Source: Bacillota bacterium (GTDB lineage: Bacteria > Bacillota > Sulfobacillia > JAIMAT01). From it: DNA of 64,000 nt. The notes beneath the pieces are model-generated. The model was not told where the DNA came from and did not search any database. It was given only the letters and a program-made list of their open reading frames with translations. Each line of letters opens with the position of its first letter. Within the stretch, counting starts at the first letter, position 1. Both the position numbers and the translations under genes were made by a program. Below are positions 49,126 to 57,733 of the stretch, piece by piece. The stretch spans positions 22,645 through 86,644 of the forward strand of contig JASBVS010000009.1 of assembly GCA_029960955.1 (NCBI GenBank), in the 5' to 3' direction.

Positions 49126-50169
49126 CTACGCCTCCCCCTCCGCCCCGTCCGCGCCGCGCCTCCGGCCGGGGAGGGCGCTGCGCCCCGCGGCGAAGTCGAG
49201 GTCGTAGAGGCGGGCGGCATTCTGTCCCAGGATCTTCCTCTTGACGGCCAGATCGAGGGTGACGCCGGTCTCCTCGACGATCGCCTCGGGCAGCTGGAAG
49301 GCCATGAAGGCGTCGAGAATCCACCTCGGTTCCCAGATCGCGTAGTCCGAGGCGAAGAGCAGGCGGTCGGGCCCGAGCCAGAAGAGCAGCTCCGCCATCA
49401 CCCGGGCGAAGTAGAGCGGCCGGGCGCGGACGAAGGGCATGGCCACCGCCAGGCCGCCGTAGACGTTGGGCTCCTGGGTGGCGATCCAGCAGAAGTCCTC
49501 CAGTCGCGGCAGCCCGACGTGCTCCACGATGAAGTTGAGTTCGGGGAAGTCGCTGGCCGCATGGTCGACGTCGGCCACGTCGAAGGCATCGCGGTCGAGC
49601 GGCCAGATGGTCGGCCCCTTGTGAACGTGGATGTTGCGGATGCCGAGCTCCCGGCACTTCTCCAGGTAGCGGTAGGCCCACGCGTCGGTCAGCTTGTAGC
49701 CGCGCGAGCTGCCCCGCCACTCGGCGGTGTAGAGCTTGACGCCCCGGATGCCGTACCGCTCCTTCGCCGCCTCCAGCGCCTCCAGCCCCGCCTCGCCGTC
49801 GCGCGGGTCGAAGCTGCCGTTGAGGATGAAGCGATCCGGGTAGAGCTCCTTGATCACCGCGTTCCGCTCGACGGTGTTGAAGCCGCGGACGAAGAAGTCG
49901 CGCAGCCTGGTGGGCTGGAGGATCGCGACGTCGACGCAGCCCTCGGCGAAGAGGTCGCGCGCCATGGTCTCGGCGTCGTACTCGAGGAACTTCTCGCGCG
50001 GCCAGATGCGCTCGGCCGGGCTGAGGTTGCGGTGGTAGTCGTAGAAGCAGTCGATGAAACCCTTCCCGTACCTGTTGGCCTGGTTGGCGGGACTCGCGTC
50101 CCAGAAGTGGACGTGGCCGTCGACGACGAAGATCTCCTCACCCTCCGCGGTCCGGTACATGCTCTCCAC
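49126..50169 (-). CDS. Amidohydrolase-2 family protein (second copy)
   Basis: VVDGHVHFW (HxH), plus the conserved metal ligands HVHKG and DHAAS and the distal SDYAIWEP motif. ATG with a GGGGGGTGGAGAG SD. Confidence 0.8.
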   Translation of the reverse strand: MESMYRTAEGEEIFVVDGHVHFWDASPANQANRYGKGFIDCFYDYHRNLSPAERIWPREKFLEYDAETMARDLFAEGCVDVAILQPTRLRDFFVRGFNTVERNAVIKELYPDRFILNGSFDPRDGEAGLEALEAAKERYGIRGVKLYTAEWRGSSRGYKLTDAWAYRYLEKCRELGIRNIHVHKGPTIWPLDRDAFDVADVDHAASDFPELNFIVEHVGLPRLEDFCWIATQEPNVYGGLAVAMPFVRARPLYFARVMAELLFWLGPDRLLFASDYAIWEPRWILDAFMAFQLPEAIVEETGVTLDLAVKRKILGQNAARLYDLDFAAGRSALPGRRRGADGAEGEA

Positions 50170-50340
50170 CCCCCTGCGCGTCCGGGGGCGACCGGTGGCT
50201 CTGGCACCGTCTCTTTTCGTCTTGTTGCCTCATGTCCGAGCGGGATCCGTCGGAGTGCCCCCCGTTCCCAGGCCTATTCGGGCCCGGCTCAGCCCATGCC
50301 GGGGGAGCGGACGGGTGCCGGTCCGGTCTCGGGGAAGATG

Positions 50341-50381
50341 GAACGGAAAAGAAGCCCGGCACCAGGCCGGTGCCGGGCTTC
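50341..50381 (-). terminator. Rho-independent terminator downstream of doxX
   Basis: On the minus strand, a perfect 13-bp GC-rich stem (AAGCCCGGCACC / GGTGCCGGGCTT) with a 5-nt loop is followed by CUUUUCCGUUCC. It lies 85-110 nt after the doxX stop, and no T-run follows on the plus strand. Confidence 0.6.
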
Positions 50382-50463
50382 CTTCCCGTCTCATGACGGG
50401 CTCATCACAGGCCTCCGCGCGACGTGCGCCCGGGCGAGCCGCGCCGCGCGCGGCCGCCGGCGG

Positions 50464-51066
50464 TCAGCGTCCGCCTCCCGCGGCCGCGCCGGCCGCCGTG
50501 CGGCGACGGCCGAAGAGAGCCGGCCAGACCCAGCGGTCCACGCCCAGGGAGCCGGCGTTCAGCCCGGCCAGCAGGATGAGGATGGTGAGCGTGTAGAGCC
50601 AGCCGTTGCTGCTGGCGGAGCCGGCCAGGAGGTAGTTCAGGTTCATCAGCGCGCCGCCCGCCGCCGCGATCGGCGTCAGGAAGCCCAGGATGAGGGCGAG
50701 ACCGACGAGGAATTCCGCCGTCGAGATGAAGTAGGAGAACCAGACCTGCGAGTGCGTGGCCAGCAGGAACTTGAGGAAGTCACGGTACCACCAGAAGGCC
50801 GAGCCCTGGACCGGCTTCCCGTCCGGCCCGACCAGAAGCCCCGCCGCCTTCGTCCAGTAGCCGGCCATCGCCTTGCCCGCGCCCGCGCCCCAGAAGCCCG
50901 GCTCGGCGCCGGAGATCTTGTCCCAGCCGGCGTTCAACCACTCCCAGCCGACGTAGATGCGCAGAAGCAGCCAAACCCAGGCAAATGCGCGGTCCCAGAG
51001 GACGCGTCGCCACCAAACCTGCGTCGTTCCTTCCATGCGGAGCGCCTCCTTCGTCTTCCTCGTCAC
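50464..51066 (-). CDS. DoxX-family membrane protein
   Basis: Four hydrophobic helices and the DoxX pattern (WVWLLLRIYVGWEWLNAGWDK). The start may be the ATG at 51036 (MEGTTQ). Confidence 0.7.
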   Translation of the reverse strand: MTRKTKEALRMEGTTQVWWRRVLWDRAFAWVWLLLRIYVGWEWLNAGWDKISGAEPGFWGAGAGKAMAGYWTKAAGLLVGPDGKPVQGSAFWWYRDFLKFLLATHSQVWFSYFISTAEFLVGLALILGFLTPIAAAGGALMNLNYLLAGSASSNGWLYTLTILILLAGLNAGSLGVDRWVWPALFGRRRTAAGAAAGGGR

Positions 51067-51274
51067 GGCCTTCGCCGGCTCCGGCCGTCACCGTCCTTGT
51101 ATAGCCGAGGATGCGCCCGCCCGAATCCGGCGCCTGACCATAGGGTTGCCGTCCTCGCATAGGGCGTCGAACCGACGCGACGAGGACCGGCGGCCGGGCG
51201 GCGCCCCCCGCCCCCCCGCAAGCCTGTTAGGGCCCGCCCTCGCGCGGTAGACTCCGGAGACGGAGGCGGATCGG

Positions 51275-53512
51275 TTGACCGAAGAGCTTCCTGGGCGCCA
51301 TCCGGTCGCGATTCCGGTGCCGGCGGCGCCGGCGGCGGAGAAGGAGGCCACGGTCGAGGTGTTGCACGGCGTGCAGGTCGCCGACCCCTACCGCTGGCTG
51401 GAGGCGGGCGACGACCCGCGCGTCCGCGCCTGGAGCGAGGCGCAGGCGCGCCGGACACGGGCGGTGCTGGACGCCATCCCCTGGCGGCCTGCCCTGCGCC
51501 GCCGGCTGGGCGAACTCTACGGCGCGGGCGGCGTCGGCCAGCCGCGGCTGGCGGGCGGGCGGCTCTTCTTCCTCCGCCGCCGGCCGGGCGCGGCGCAGCC
51601 GGCGCTGGTGGTCCGCCCGGCGGACGGTCGCCCGGACGAGGCGGAGGAGCGCGTGCTGGTCGACCCGGGGCGGGAGGACGAGCGCGGCCTGGTGGCGCTC
51701 GACTGGTGGTACCCCTCGCCCGACGGCCGCCTCGTCGCCTTCGGGCTCTCCTCCGGCGGCGACGAGTGGAGCACGCTCCACGTGGTGGAGGTGGAGAGCG
51801 GCCGCCGGCTGGCGGAGGCCATCCCCCGGACGCCCTACGCCAGCCTCGCCTGGGAGCCGGACGGGAGCGGCTTCTACTACACGCGCCACCCGGACCCCGC
51901 GGAGGCCGGCGCGGAGGAGGCCTACTACCGCCCGCGGCTCTACCACCACCGGCTCGGCGAGCCGGCGGAGGCCGACCCGCTGGTCTTCGGCGAGGCCCTG
52001 CCGCGCGAGGCGATGCTGGAGGTGGCGCTCTCGCCGTCGGGACGCTTCCTCCTGGTGAGCGTCCGGCGGGGCTGGAGCCGGAGCGAGCTCTGGATGGCCG
52101 ACCGCGGCGAGGCGGCGACGCGCCGGGACCGGCTCGACTTCCTGCCGCTCGTCCGCGGGCGCGAGGCGCTCTTCCTCCCCCGCTTCACCCCCGCCGGCTG
52201 GGGCGGCGAGCCGGGCGAAGGCCTGCTCGTCCTCACCGACCTGGAGGCGCCGCGCTACCGGCTCCTGCAGGTGACGGCGGCGGAGGCGACGGGCGGGCTG
52301 CCGGTGGAGAGCTGGCCGGAGTTCCTTCCCCAGCCCGAGGAAGGGACGCTGGCCGGCTTCGCCGTCGCCCGCGACGCGGTGGCCGTCCACGTGCTGCGCG
52401 ACGCCGTGTCGCGCCTCCGGCTCCTCGCTCCCGGCGGCGGCGAACAGCGCGAGCTGGAGCTCCCGCCGCTCTCGACGCTCGCCGAGCTGGAGGGCGCGGC
52501 CGGGGCGGTGGAGGCGGCGGAAGGCGGCGTCGAGCTGGTGGCGGTCCTCGAATCCTTCCTCCGCCCGCCCGCCATCTACCGCCTCGACCCGGCGGCGGGG
52601 CAGGCCGAGCGCTGGATCGCCGTCGAGGCGCCCTTCGACCCCGACGCCTTCGAGGCTCGCCAGGCCTTCTGCACCTCCAGGGACGGCACGCGCATCCCGC
52701 TCTTCCTCCTCCATCGCCGTGGTCTCGCCCGCGACGGCGAGCGCCCCGCCGTCCTCACCGGCTACGGCGGCTTCGGGGTCAGCATGACGCCGCAGTATCG
52801 CCCCCAGGTGATCCCCTGGCTCGAGGCGGGCGGGCTCTGGGCGCTGGCCTGCCTGCGCGGCGGCGGCGAGTACGGCGAGGGCTGGCACCGGGCGGGCATG
52901 CTCGGCAGGAAGCAGAACGTCTTCGACGACTTCGTCGCCGCCGCCCACTTCCTGATCCGCGCGGGCTACACCCGCCCCGAGCGGCTCGGCGCCTTCGGTC
53001 GCTCCAACGGCGGCCTCCTGACCGGCGCGGCGCTGACGCAGCGCCCCGACCTCTGGCGCGCCGTCGTCTCGGGGGTACCGCTCCTGGACATGCTCCGCTA
53101 CCACCTCTTCCGCATCGGCGCGCTCTGGATCCCCGAGTACGGCTCGCCCGACGATCCCGAGGCCTTCCGCTGGCTGCACGCCTACTCGCCCTACCACCAC
53201 GTGCAGGAAGGCCGCCGTTACCCGGCGGTCCTCCTCTACGCGGCCGAGTCGGACACGCGCGTCGACCCGCTCCACGCGCGCAAGATGGCCGCCCGCCTGC
53301 AGGAGGCGACCGGCCAGGCCGGCGCGGAGGCGGCCGAGCCGCCGGAACGCCCCGTCCTCCTGCGCCTGGAGTCCGAGGCGGGGCACGGCGCGGGCAAGCC
53401 CGTGCAGAAGGTGGTCGAGGAGGAGGCCGACATCTGGAGCTTCCTGGGCTGGCAGCTGGGGCTCGAGCTCGGCGGGGCGGCCCGGGAGCGGACGGAGGTG
53501 GATCGCCCGTGA
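51275..53512 (+). CDS. Prolyl oligopeptidase (S9A family)
   Basis: N-terminal beta-propeller (DPYRWLE), C-terminal alpha/beta catalytic domain with GRSNGGLL (Ser), D and H. TTG start with GGAGACGGAGG upstream. Confidence 0.9.
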   Translation: MTEELPGRHPVAIPVPAAPAAEKEATVEVLHGVQVADPYRWLEAGDDPRVRAWSEAQARRTRAVLDAIPWRPALRRRLGELYGAGGVGQPRLAGGRLFFLRRRPGAAQPALVVRPADGRPDEAEERVLVDPGREDERGLVALDWWYPSPDGRLVAFGLSSGGDEWSTLHVVEVESGRRLAEAIPRTPYASLAWEPDGSGFYYTRHPDPAEAGAEEAYYRPRLYHHRLGEPAEADPLVFGEALPREAMLEVALSPSGRFLLVSVRRGWSRSELWMADRGEAATRRDRLDFLPLVRGREALFLPRFTPAGWGGEPGEGLLVLTDLEAPRYRLLQVTAAEATGGLPVESWPEFLPQPEEGTLAGFAVARDAVAVHVLRDAVSRLRLLAPGGGEQRELELPPLSTLAELEGAAGAVEAAEGGVELVAVLESFLRPPAIYRLDPAAGQAERWIAVEAPFDPDAFEARQAFCTSRDGTRIPLFLLHRRGLARDGERPAVLTGYGGFGVSMTPQYRPQVIPWLEAGGLWALACLRGGGEYGEGWHRAGMLGRKQNVFDDFVAAAHFLIRAGYTRPERLGAFGRSNGGLLTGAALTQRPDLWRAVVSGVPLLDMLRYHLFRIGALWIPEYGSPDDPEAFRWLHAYSPYHHVQEGRRYPAVLLYAAESDTRVDPLHARKMAARLQEATGQAGAEAAEPPERPVLLRLESEAGHGAGKPVQKVVEEEADIWSFLGWQLGLELGGAARERTEVDRP

Positions 53513-54417
53513 GCGTGAGCGTCCGCGTGCGCGCAGCCTTCGTCGGCCTCGGCATCATGGGCCAGGCGATGGCGCTCAACCTGCTCCGCAAGCCGGGCGG
53601 ACCGGAGGTGGAGCTGGCCGTCTACAACCGGACGCCCGCGCGGGCCGAGCCGCTCCGGGCGGCGGGGGCCCGCGTGGCCGCCAGCCCGCGCGAGGCCGCC
53701 GAGGGCGCGGAGTTCGTCTTCACCATGGTCTCCGACGACGCCGCGCTCCGCGCCGTCGCCACGGGCCCGGAGGGCTTCCTCGCCGGGGTGGCGGCGGGGA
53801 GCGTGATCGTCGACCACTCCACCGTCTCGCGGGCGCTGACGCTGGAGCTGGCCCGCGAGGCGGCGGCGCGCGGCGCCGCCTGGTGCGACGCGCCGGTGAC
53901 CGGGGGCGACGTGGGCGCCCGCGAGGGGAGCCTGACCATCATGGTGGGCGGGCCGCAGGAAGCCTTCCGGCGCGCGCTTCCTCTCCTGGAGAAGACGGGG
54001 CGCCGCATCCTCCACGTGGGCGCCACCGGCCAGGGCCAGGCGCTGAAGGCGGTCTCCAACATGGTCTCCTGCCTGACGCTCATGGCCTCCGCCGAGGGGA
54101 TCCAGCTCGGCCTCCGCGCCGGCCTCAGCCTGGAGGCGCTGGCCGAGGTGATGCAGCACGGCTCGGCGGCCAGCTACGAGCTGGACAAGATGCTCGCCCG
54201 CTTCGCCCGCGAGGGCTACCGGCCCGGCTTCTCGGTCGCCAACCGCTTCAAGGACCTGGAGCTGGCGCTGGCTCTGGCGCGCGAGCTCGGCCAGCCGGTG
54301 CCCCTCGCCTCGGCCGCGGAGCCCCCCTACCGGAGCTGGCGCGAGGCGCACGGCGAACTGGACGAGTCGAGCTACATCCTCGCCCTGGGAGCCGACCACC
54401 CGCGGCCGCAGGAGTGA
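53509..54417 (+). CDS. NAD(P)-dependent 3-hydroxyisobutyrate-dehydrogenase-like oxidoreductase
   Basis: GTG overlapping the upstream stop (GTGA) with a GGAGGTGGA SD. N-terminal Rossmann VGLGIMGQAMALNL and a 6PGDH-like C-terminal helical domain. Confidence 0.85.
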   Translation: MSVSVRVRAAFVGLGIMGQAMALNLLRKPGGPEVELAVYNRTPARAEPLRAAGARVAASPREAAEGAEFVFTMVSDDAALRAVATGPEGFLAGVAAGSVIVDHSTVSRALTLELAREAAARGAAWCDAPVTGGDVGAREGSLTIMVGGPQEAFRRALPLLEKTGRRILHVGATGQGQALKAVSNMVSCLTLMASAEGIQLGLRAGLSLEALAEVMQHGSAASYELDKMLARFAREGYRPGFSVANRFKDLELALALARELGQPVPLASAAEPPYRSWREAHGELDESSYILALGADHPRPQE

Positions 54418-54427
54418 GCCGCGGGCG

Positions 54428-55894
54428 CTAGCGCGGCATGCCGCCCGGCTGCTCGAGGCAGCCGAGGAGTTGCCGGGCGCGCTCGCGGGCGAAGGCCGCG
54501 TGCAGGAGGTCGCCGTCGTAGCGGGCGAGCCCGAGGCCGGCGCCGGCGTAGCGGACGATGACGAGCCCGCGCCGGAGCGGTTCGCCCGCGGGGCCGGAGG
54601 CGTGGGGCGGCCCGGGCGGGACCGCCTGCCCTTCCAGGAGCGCGCGCAGCGCCGCCGGCTCCAGGTCGACCACCTGCCGCCGGGCGAGGCGGCCGACGCG
54701 GTGCAGGGCGAAGCCCGACGGCCACCAGTGGCGCCCGGTCCAGTGGGCGAGCGGCAGGCCGGCCGCCCAGCGCTCCGGCCAGAGCGGCAGCCGGGGCAGC
54801 GTCGAGAGCCACGTGCGCTCGCCGCTCCGGTAGACGTGGAGCCCCTCGAAGGCCTCGGCGGGGATGCCGAAGCTCTCCTCCATCCAGGCGCGCACTTCGC
54901 GGCCGGCCGCCTCGTCGGGCGCTTCCTCGGGCGGCGGCGTCGCCTCCTCCGCCCAGGGGACGGGCGCCCGCAGCCGGAGCCGGGCGAGGAACATGCCGCC
55001 GGAGTCCAGGTGGTGCGGGTAGATCCGCCGTGCCCGCCGCACCTCGGGCAGGAAGGCGACCCCGTCCCAGCCGCCGGCGCCCTCCACCCCCGGCAGCGCC
55101 TGCGGCAGCGGTTCCGCCTCCACCGCGCCCCCGGCCGCGCGCAGGACGGCGTCCACCACCGCCTCGTCCTCCTCGGGGGCGAAGGTGCAGGTGGAGTAGA
55201 CCACCACCCCGCCCGGCCGGACGAGCGCCAGCGCGCGGCGCAGCAGCGCCTCCTGCAGCGAGGCCAGGCGGCGGAGGCGGTCCGCTCGCGGCGGTCGTCT
55301 CGGGCGCGGGTCGCGGCGGACGTTCCCCTCGCCGGAGCAGGGCGCGTCGACCAGCGCGCGGTCGAAGGCGAGGCCGGCCGGGAAGCGTCGCCCGTCGCAG
55401 ACGGTGACCACCGCCGAGGCGACGCCCATGCGGCCGAGGTTGGCCAGGAGCCAGCCCGCCCGCGCCGGATCGGCCTCGTTGGCCACGACCAGCCCCGAGG
55501 GCCCCACCCGCTCCGCGATCTGGGTGCTCTTGCCGCCGGGGGCCGCGCTCAGGTCGAGGATCCGCTCCCCGGGCTGCGGGTCGAGGGCGACGACCGGCAC
55601 GGCCGCCGCCGCTTCCTGGAGGTAGAAGAGGCCGAGCCAGTGCTCGAAGGTGGAGCCGGGCGGGCAGGGCCCGCCCTCCACCCGCATCACCTCCGGCGCC
55701 CAAGGGTAGGGCGCCAGGCGGAAGCCGCGCGCCTCGAGCCGCCCGCGCAGCTCCTCCGGCGCGACGCGCAGCCGGTTGGCCCGCAGCGCGTGCGGCTGGG
55801 GCCGCACCACCGCGGCGGCGAAGGCGGCCCAGTCGTCGACCAGCGCCCGGTAGCGCTCGAAGGCGGAGAGGACGATGCCGCTCCTGGCGCTCAC
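54428..55894 (-). CDS. NOL1/NOP2/Sun-family RNA m5C methyltransferase (RsmF-like)
   Basis: SAM-binding LDLSAAPGGKSTQI, motif IV DAPCSGEG, motif VI TCT. The candidate GTG at 55894 overlaps the RNase J stop (GTGA). The ORF-track 1086-aa version is a frame fusion across rnj. Confidence 0.8.
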   Translation of the reverse strand: MSARSGIVLSAFERYRALVDDWAAFAAAVVRPQPHALRANRLRVAPEELRGRLEARGFRLAPYPWAPEVMRVEGGPCPPGSTFEHWLGLFYLQEAAAAVPVVALDPQPGERILDLSAAPGGKSTQIAERVGPSGLVVANEADPARAGWLLANLGRMGVASAVVTVCDGRRFPAGLAFDRALVDAPCSGEGNVRRDPRPRRPPRADRLRRLASLQEALLRRALALVRPGGVVVYSTCTFAPEEDEAVVDAVLRAAGGAVEAEPLPQALPGVEGAGGWDGVAFLPEVRRARRIYPHHLDSGGMFLARLRLRAPVPWAEEATPPPEEAPDEAAGREVRAWMEESFGIPAEAFEGLHVYRSGERTWLSTLPRLPLWPERWAAGLPLAHWTGRHWWPSGFALHRVGRLARRQVVDLEPAALRALLEGQAVPPGPPHASGPAGEPLRRGLVIVRYAGAGLGLARYDGDLLHAAFARERARQLLGCLEQPGGMPR

Positions 55895-57603
55895 ACCTCC
55901 ACGATGATGGGCAGGATCATCGGCCGTCGGCGCGTCCGGTCGAAGAGGAAGTGGCTCGCCTCGTCGCGGACGGCCGCCTTGATCCCGTTCCACTCGGTGA
56001 CGCCCTGGGCCAGGCAGGCGGCGAGCGCCTGGCTCACCCGCTGCTTCAGCTCCTCCATCAGGGGCTCCGACTCGCGCACGTAGACGAAGCCGCGCGAGAC
56101 GACGTCCGGTCCGCCCAGGACCTGGTGGTTCTGGCGGTCCATGGTGACCACGAGGATGAGGACGCCGTCCTGCGAGAGCTGCTTCCGGTCGCGCAGGACG
56201 ATGGAGCCCACGTCGCCCACGCCGAGCCCGTCGATCAGGATGTCGCCCGCCGTCACCTTGCCGTTGATGCGGGCGCCCTCGGGCCGGATCTCGAAGACGG
56301 AGCCGTTCTCCCCGATCAGGATGTTCTCCGGCGGGATGCCGACGCTCTCCGCCAGCCGGCCGTGGCGGATCAGGTGACGCCACTCGCCGTGGACGGGGAT
56401 GAAGTAGCGCGGCCGCACCAGGTTGAGCATCAGCTTCAGCTCCTCCTGGCTTGCGTGGCCGGAGACGTGGACGCCGTTCTCGATGCCGTAGATGACGTTG
56501 GCGCCCAGGTGGTAGAGGTTGTCGATGGTCCGGTAGATCATCGTCTCGTTCCCGGGGATGGGCGAGGCGGAGATGACGACGGTGTCCCCGGGGACGATCT
56601 CCACCCAGCGATGGTCTCCCGTCGCCATCCGCGTCAGCGCGGAGAGCGGCTCGCCCTGGCTGCCCGTCGTCAGGATGGCCAGCTGGTGTCCCTTGTAGCG
56701 CTTGATCTCCTCGACGCTGATCAGCGTGCCGGGCTTGACGTCGAGGTAGCCCAGGTCCAGCGCCACCTGGACCGTGTTCTCCATGCTCCGCCCGACCACG
56801 GCCACGTGCCGGTGGTGGTGGACGGCGGCGTCGATCACCTGCTGGATGCGGTGGACGTTGGAGGCGAAGGTGGCCACCAGCACCCGTCCCGAGGCCGTCG
56901 CCATCACCCGGTCCAGCACCAGCCCCACCGTCTTCTCCGACGGCGTGTAGCCGGGCCGCTCGGCGTTGGTGCTGTCGGACATCAGCACCAGGACTTCCTC
57001 GCGCCCCAGCTCGGCCAGCCGCTGCAGGTCGGCGACGCGCCCGTCGACCGGCGTCAGGTCGATCTTGAAGTCGCCGGTGTGGACCACCGTGCCGATCGGC
57101 GTGCGGATGGCCAGCCCGTAGGCGTCGGGGATGGAGTGGTTGACCCGGAAGGGCTCGACCACGAAGTTCTGCCCGAAGGAGATCCGTTCCCCCGGCGTGT
57201 AGACGCGGGAGCCCTCGGGCAGCTGCATATGGTGTTCCGCCAGCTTCTCCTCGATGAGGCCGAGCGCCAGGCGGGAGGCGAAGACGGGCACCGGGATCTC
57301 GCGCAGCAGATAGGGGACCGCGCCCACATGGTCCTCGTGCCCGTGGGTGATGACCAGCCCGCGAACCTTCTCCCGGTGCTCCTTCAGGTAGGTCAGGTCG
57401 GGGATCACCAGGTCGATCCCCAGCATCTCGTCCTCGGGGAAGGCGAGCCCGGCGTCGTCGATCAGGATGTCGTCGCCGTACTCGAAGAGGGTCATGTTCT
57501 TCCCGATCTCGCCCAGCCCGCCCAGCGGAATGATCTTCAGTGGCTCGCCCGGCCCGTTCCCGGCACGTGGACGACCGTGGCGAGGCCGTCGGCTTTTGGC
57601 TAT
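55891..57603 (-). CDS. rnj: Ribonuclease J (metallo-beta-lactamase / beta-CASP); start codon anomalous
   Basis: Metallo-beta-lactamase HxHxDH motif (THGHEDHVG), beta-CASP and C-terminal domains. The conserved N-terminal strand LKIIPLGGLGEIGKN is encoded in frame upstream of the first ATG (57495), but no ATG/GTG/TTG lies between it and the in-frame stop at 57616-57618. The 5' end here is set at an ATA codon (57601-57603) 8 nt after GTGAGGTGGGG. Position after dapA matches B. subtilis rnjB. Confidence 0.8.
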   Translation of the reverse strand: MAKSRRPRHGRPRAGNGPGEPLKIIPLGGLGEIGKNMTLFEYGDDILIDDAGLAFPEDEMLGIDLVIPDLTYLKEHREKVRGLVITHGHEDHVGAVPYLLREIPVPVFASRLALGLIEEKLAEHHMQLPEGSRVYTPGERISFGQNFVVEPFRVNHSIPDAYGLAIRTPIGTVVHTGDFKIDLTPVDGRVADLQRLAELGREEVLVLMSDSTNAERPGYTPSEKTVGLVLDRVMATASGRVLVATFASNVHRIQQVIDAAVHHHRHVAVVGRSMENTVQVALDLGYLDVKPGTLISVEEIKRYKGHQLAILTTGSQGEPLSALTRMATGDHRWVEIVPGDTVVISASPIPGNETMIYRTIDNLYHLGANVIYGIENGVHVSGHASQEELKLMLNLVRPRYFIPVHGEWRHLIRHGRLAESVGIPPENILIGENGSVFEIRPEGARINGKVTAGDILIDGLGVGDVGSIVLRDRKQLSQDGVLILVVTMDRQNHQVLGGPDVVSRGFVYVRESEPLMEELKQRVSQALAACLAQGVTEWNGIKAAVRDEASHFLFDRTRRRPMILPIIVEV

Positions 57604-57733
57604 TCCGACCCCACCTCACTTGCTCTGGATTTCTTCCGTCCGCCCGAACTCGTCGCCGCGTATTATAGTGCCCCGCCTCCCTCCTCACAAGGAAGAGCAG
57701 GAAGCGGGGCCTCCCGCGCCTCCCCGGGGGCGC

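Noticed and set aside
54428-57688. A 1086-aa minus-strand ORF apparently fusing rsmF and rnj
   Set aside because: Its upstream two-thirds are out of frame with RNase J (a 193-nt offset from the rnj ATG), so the long ORF is a frame artefact. The two genes lie in different frames and overlap as GTGA.
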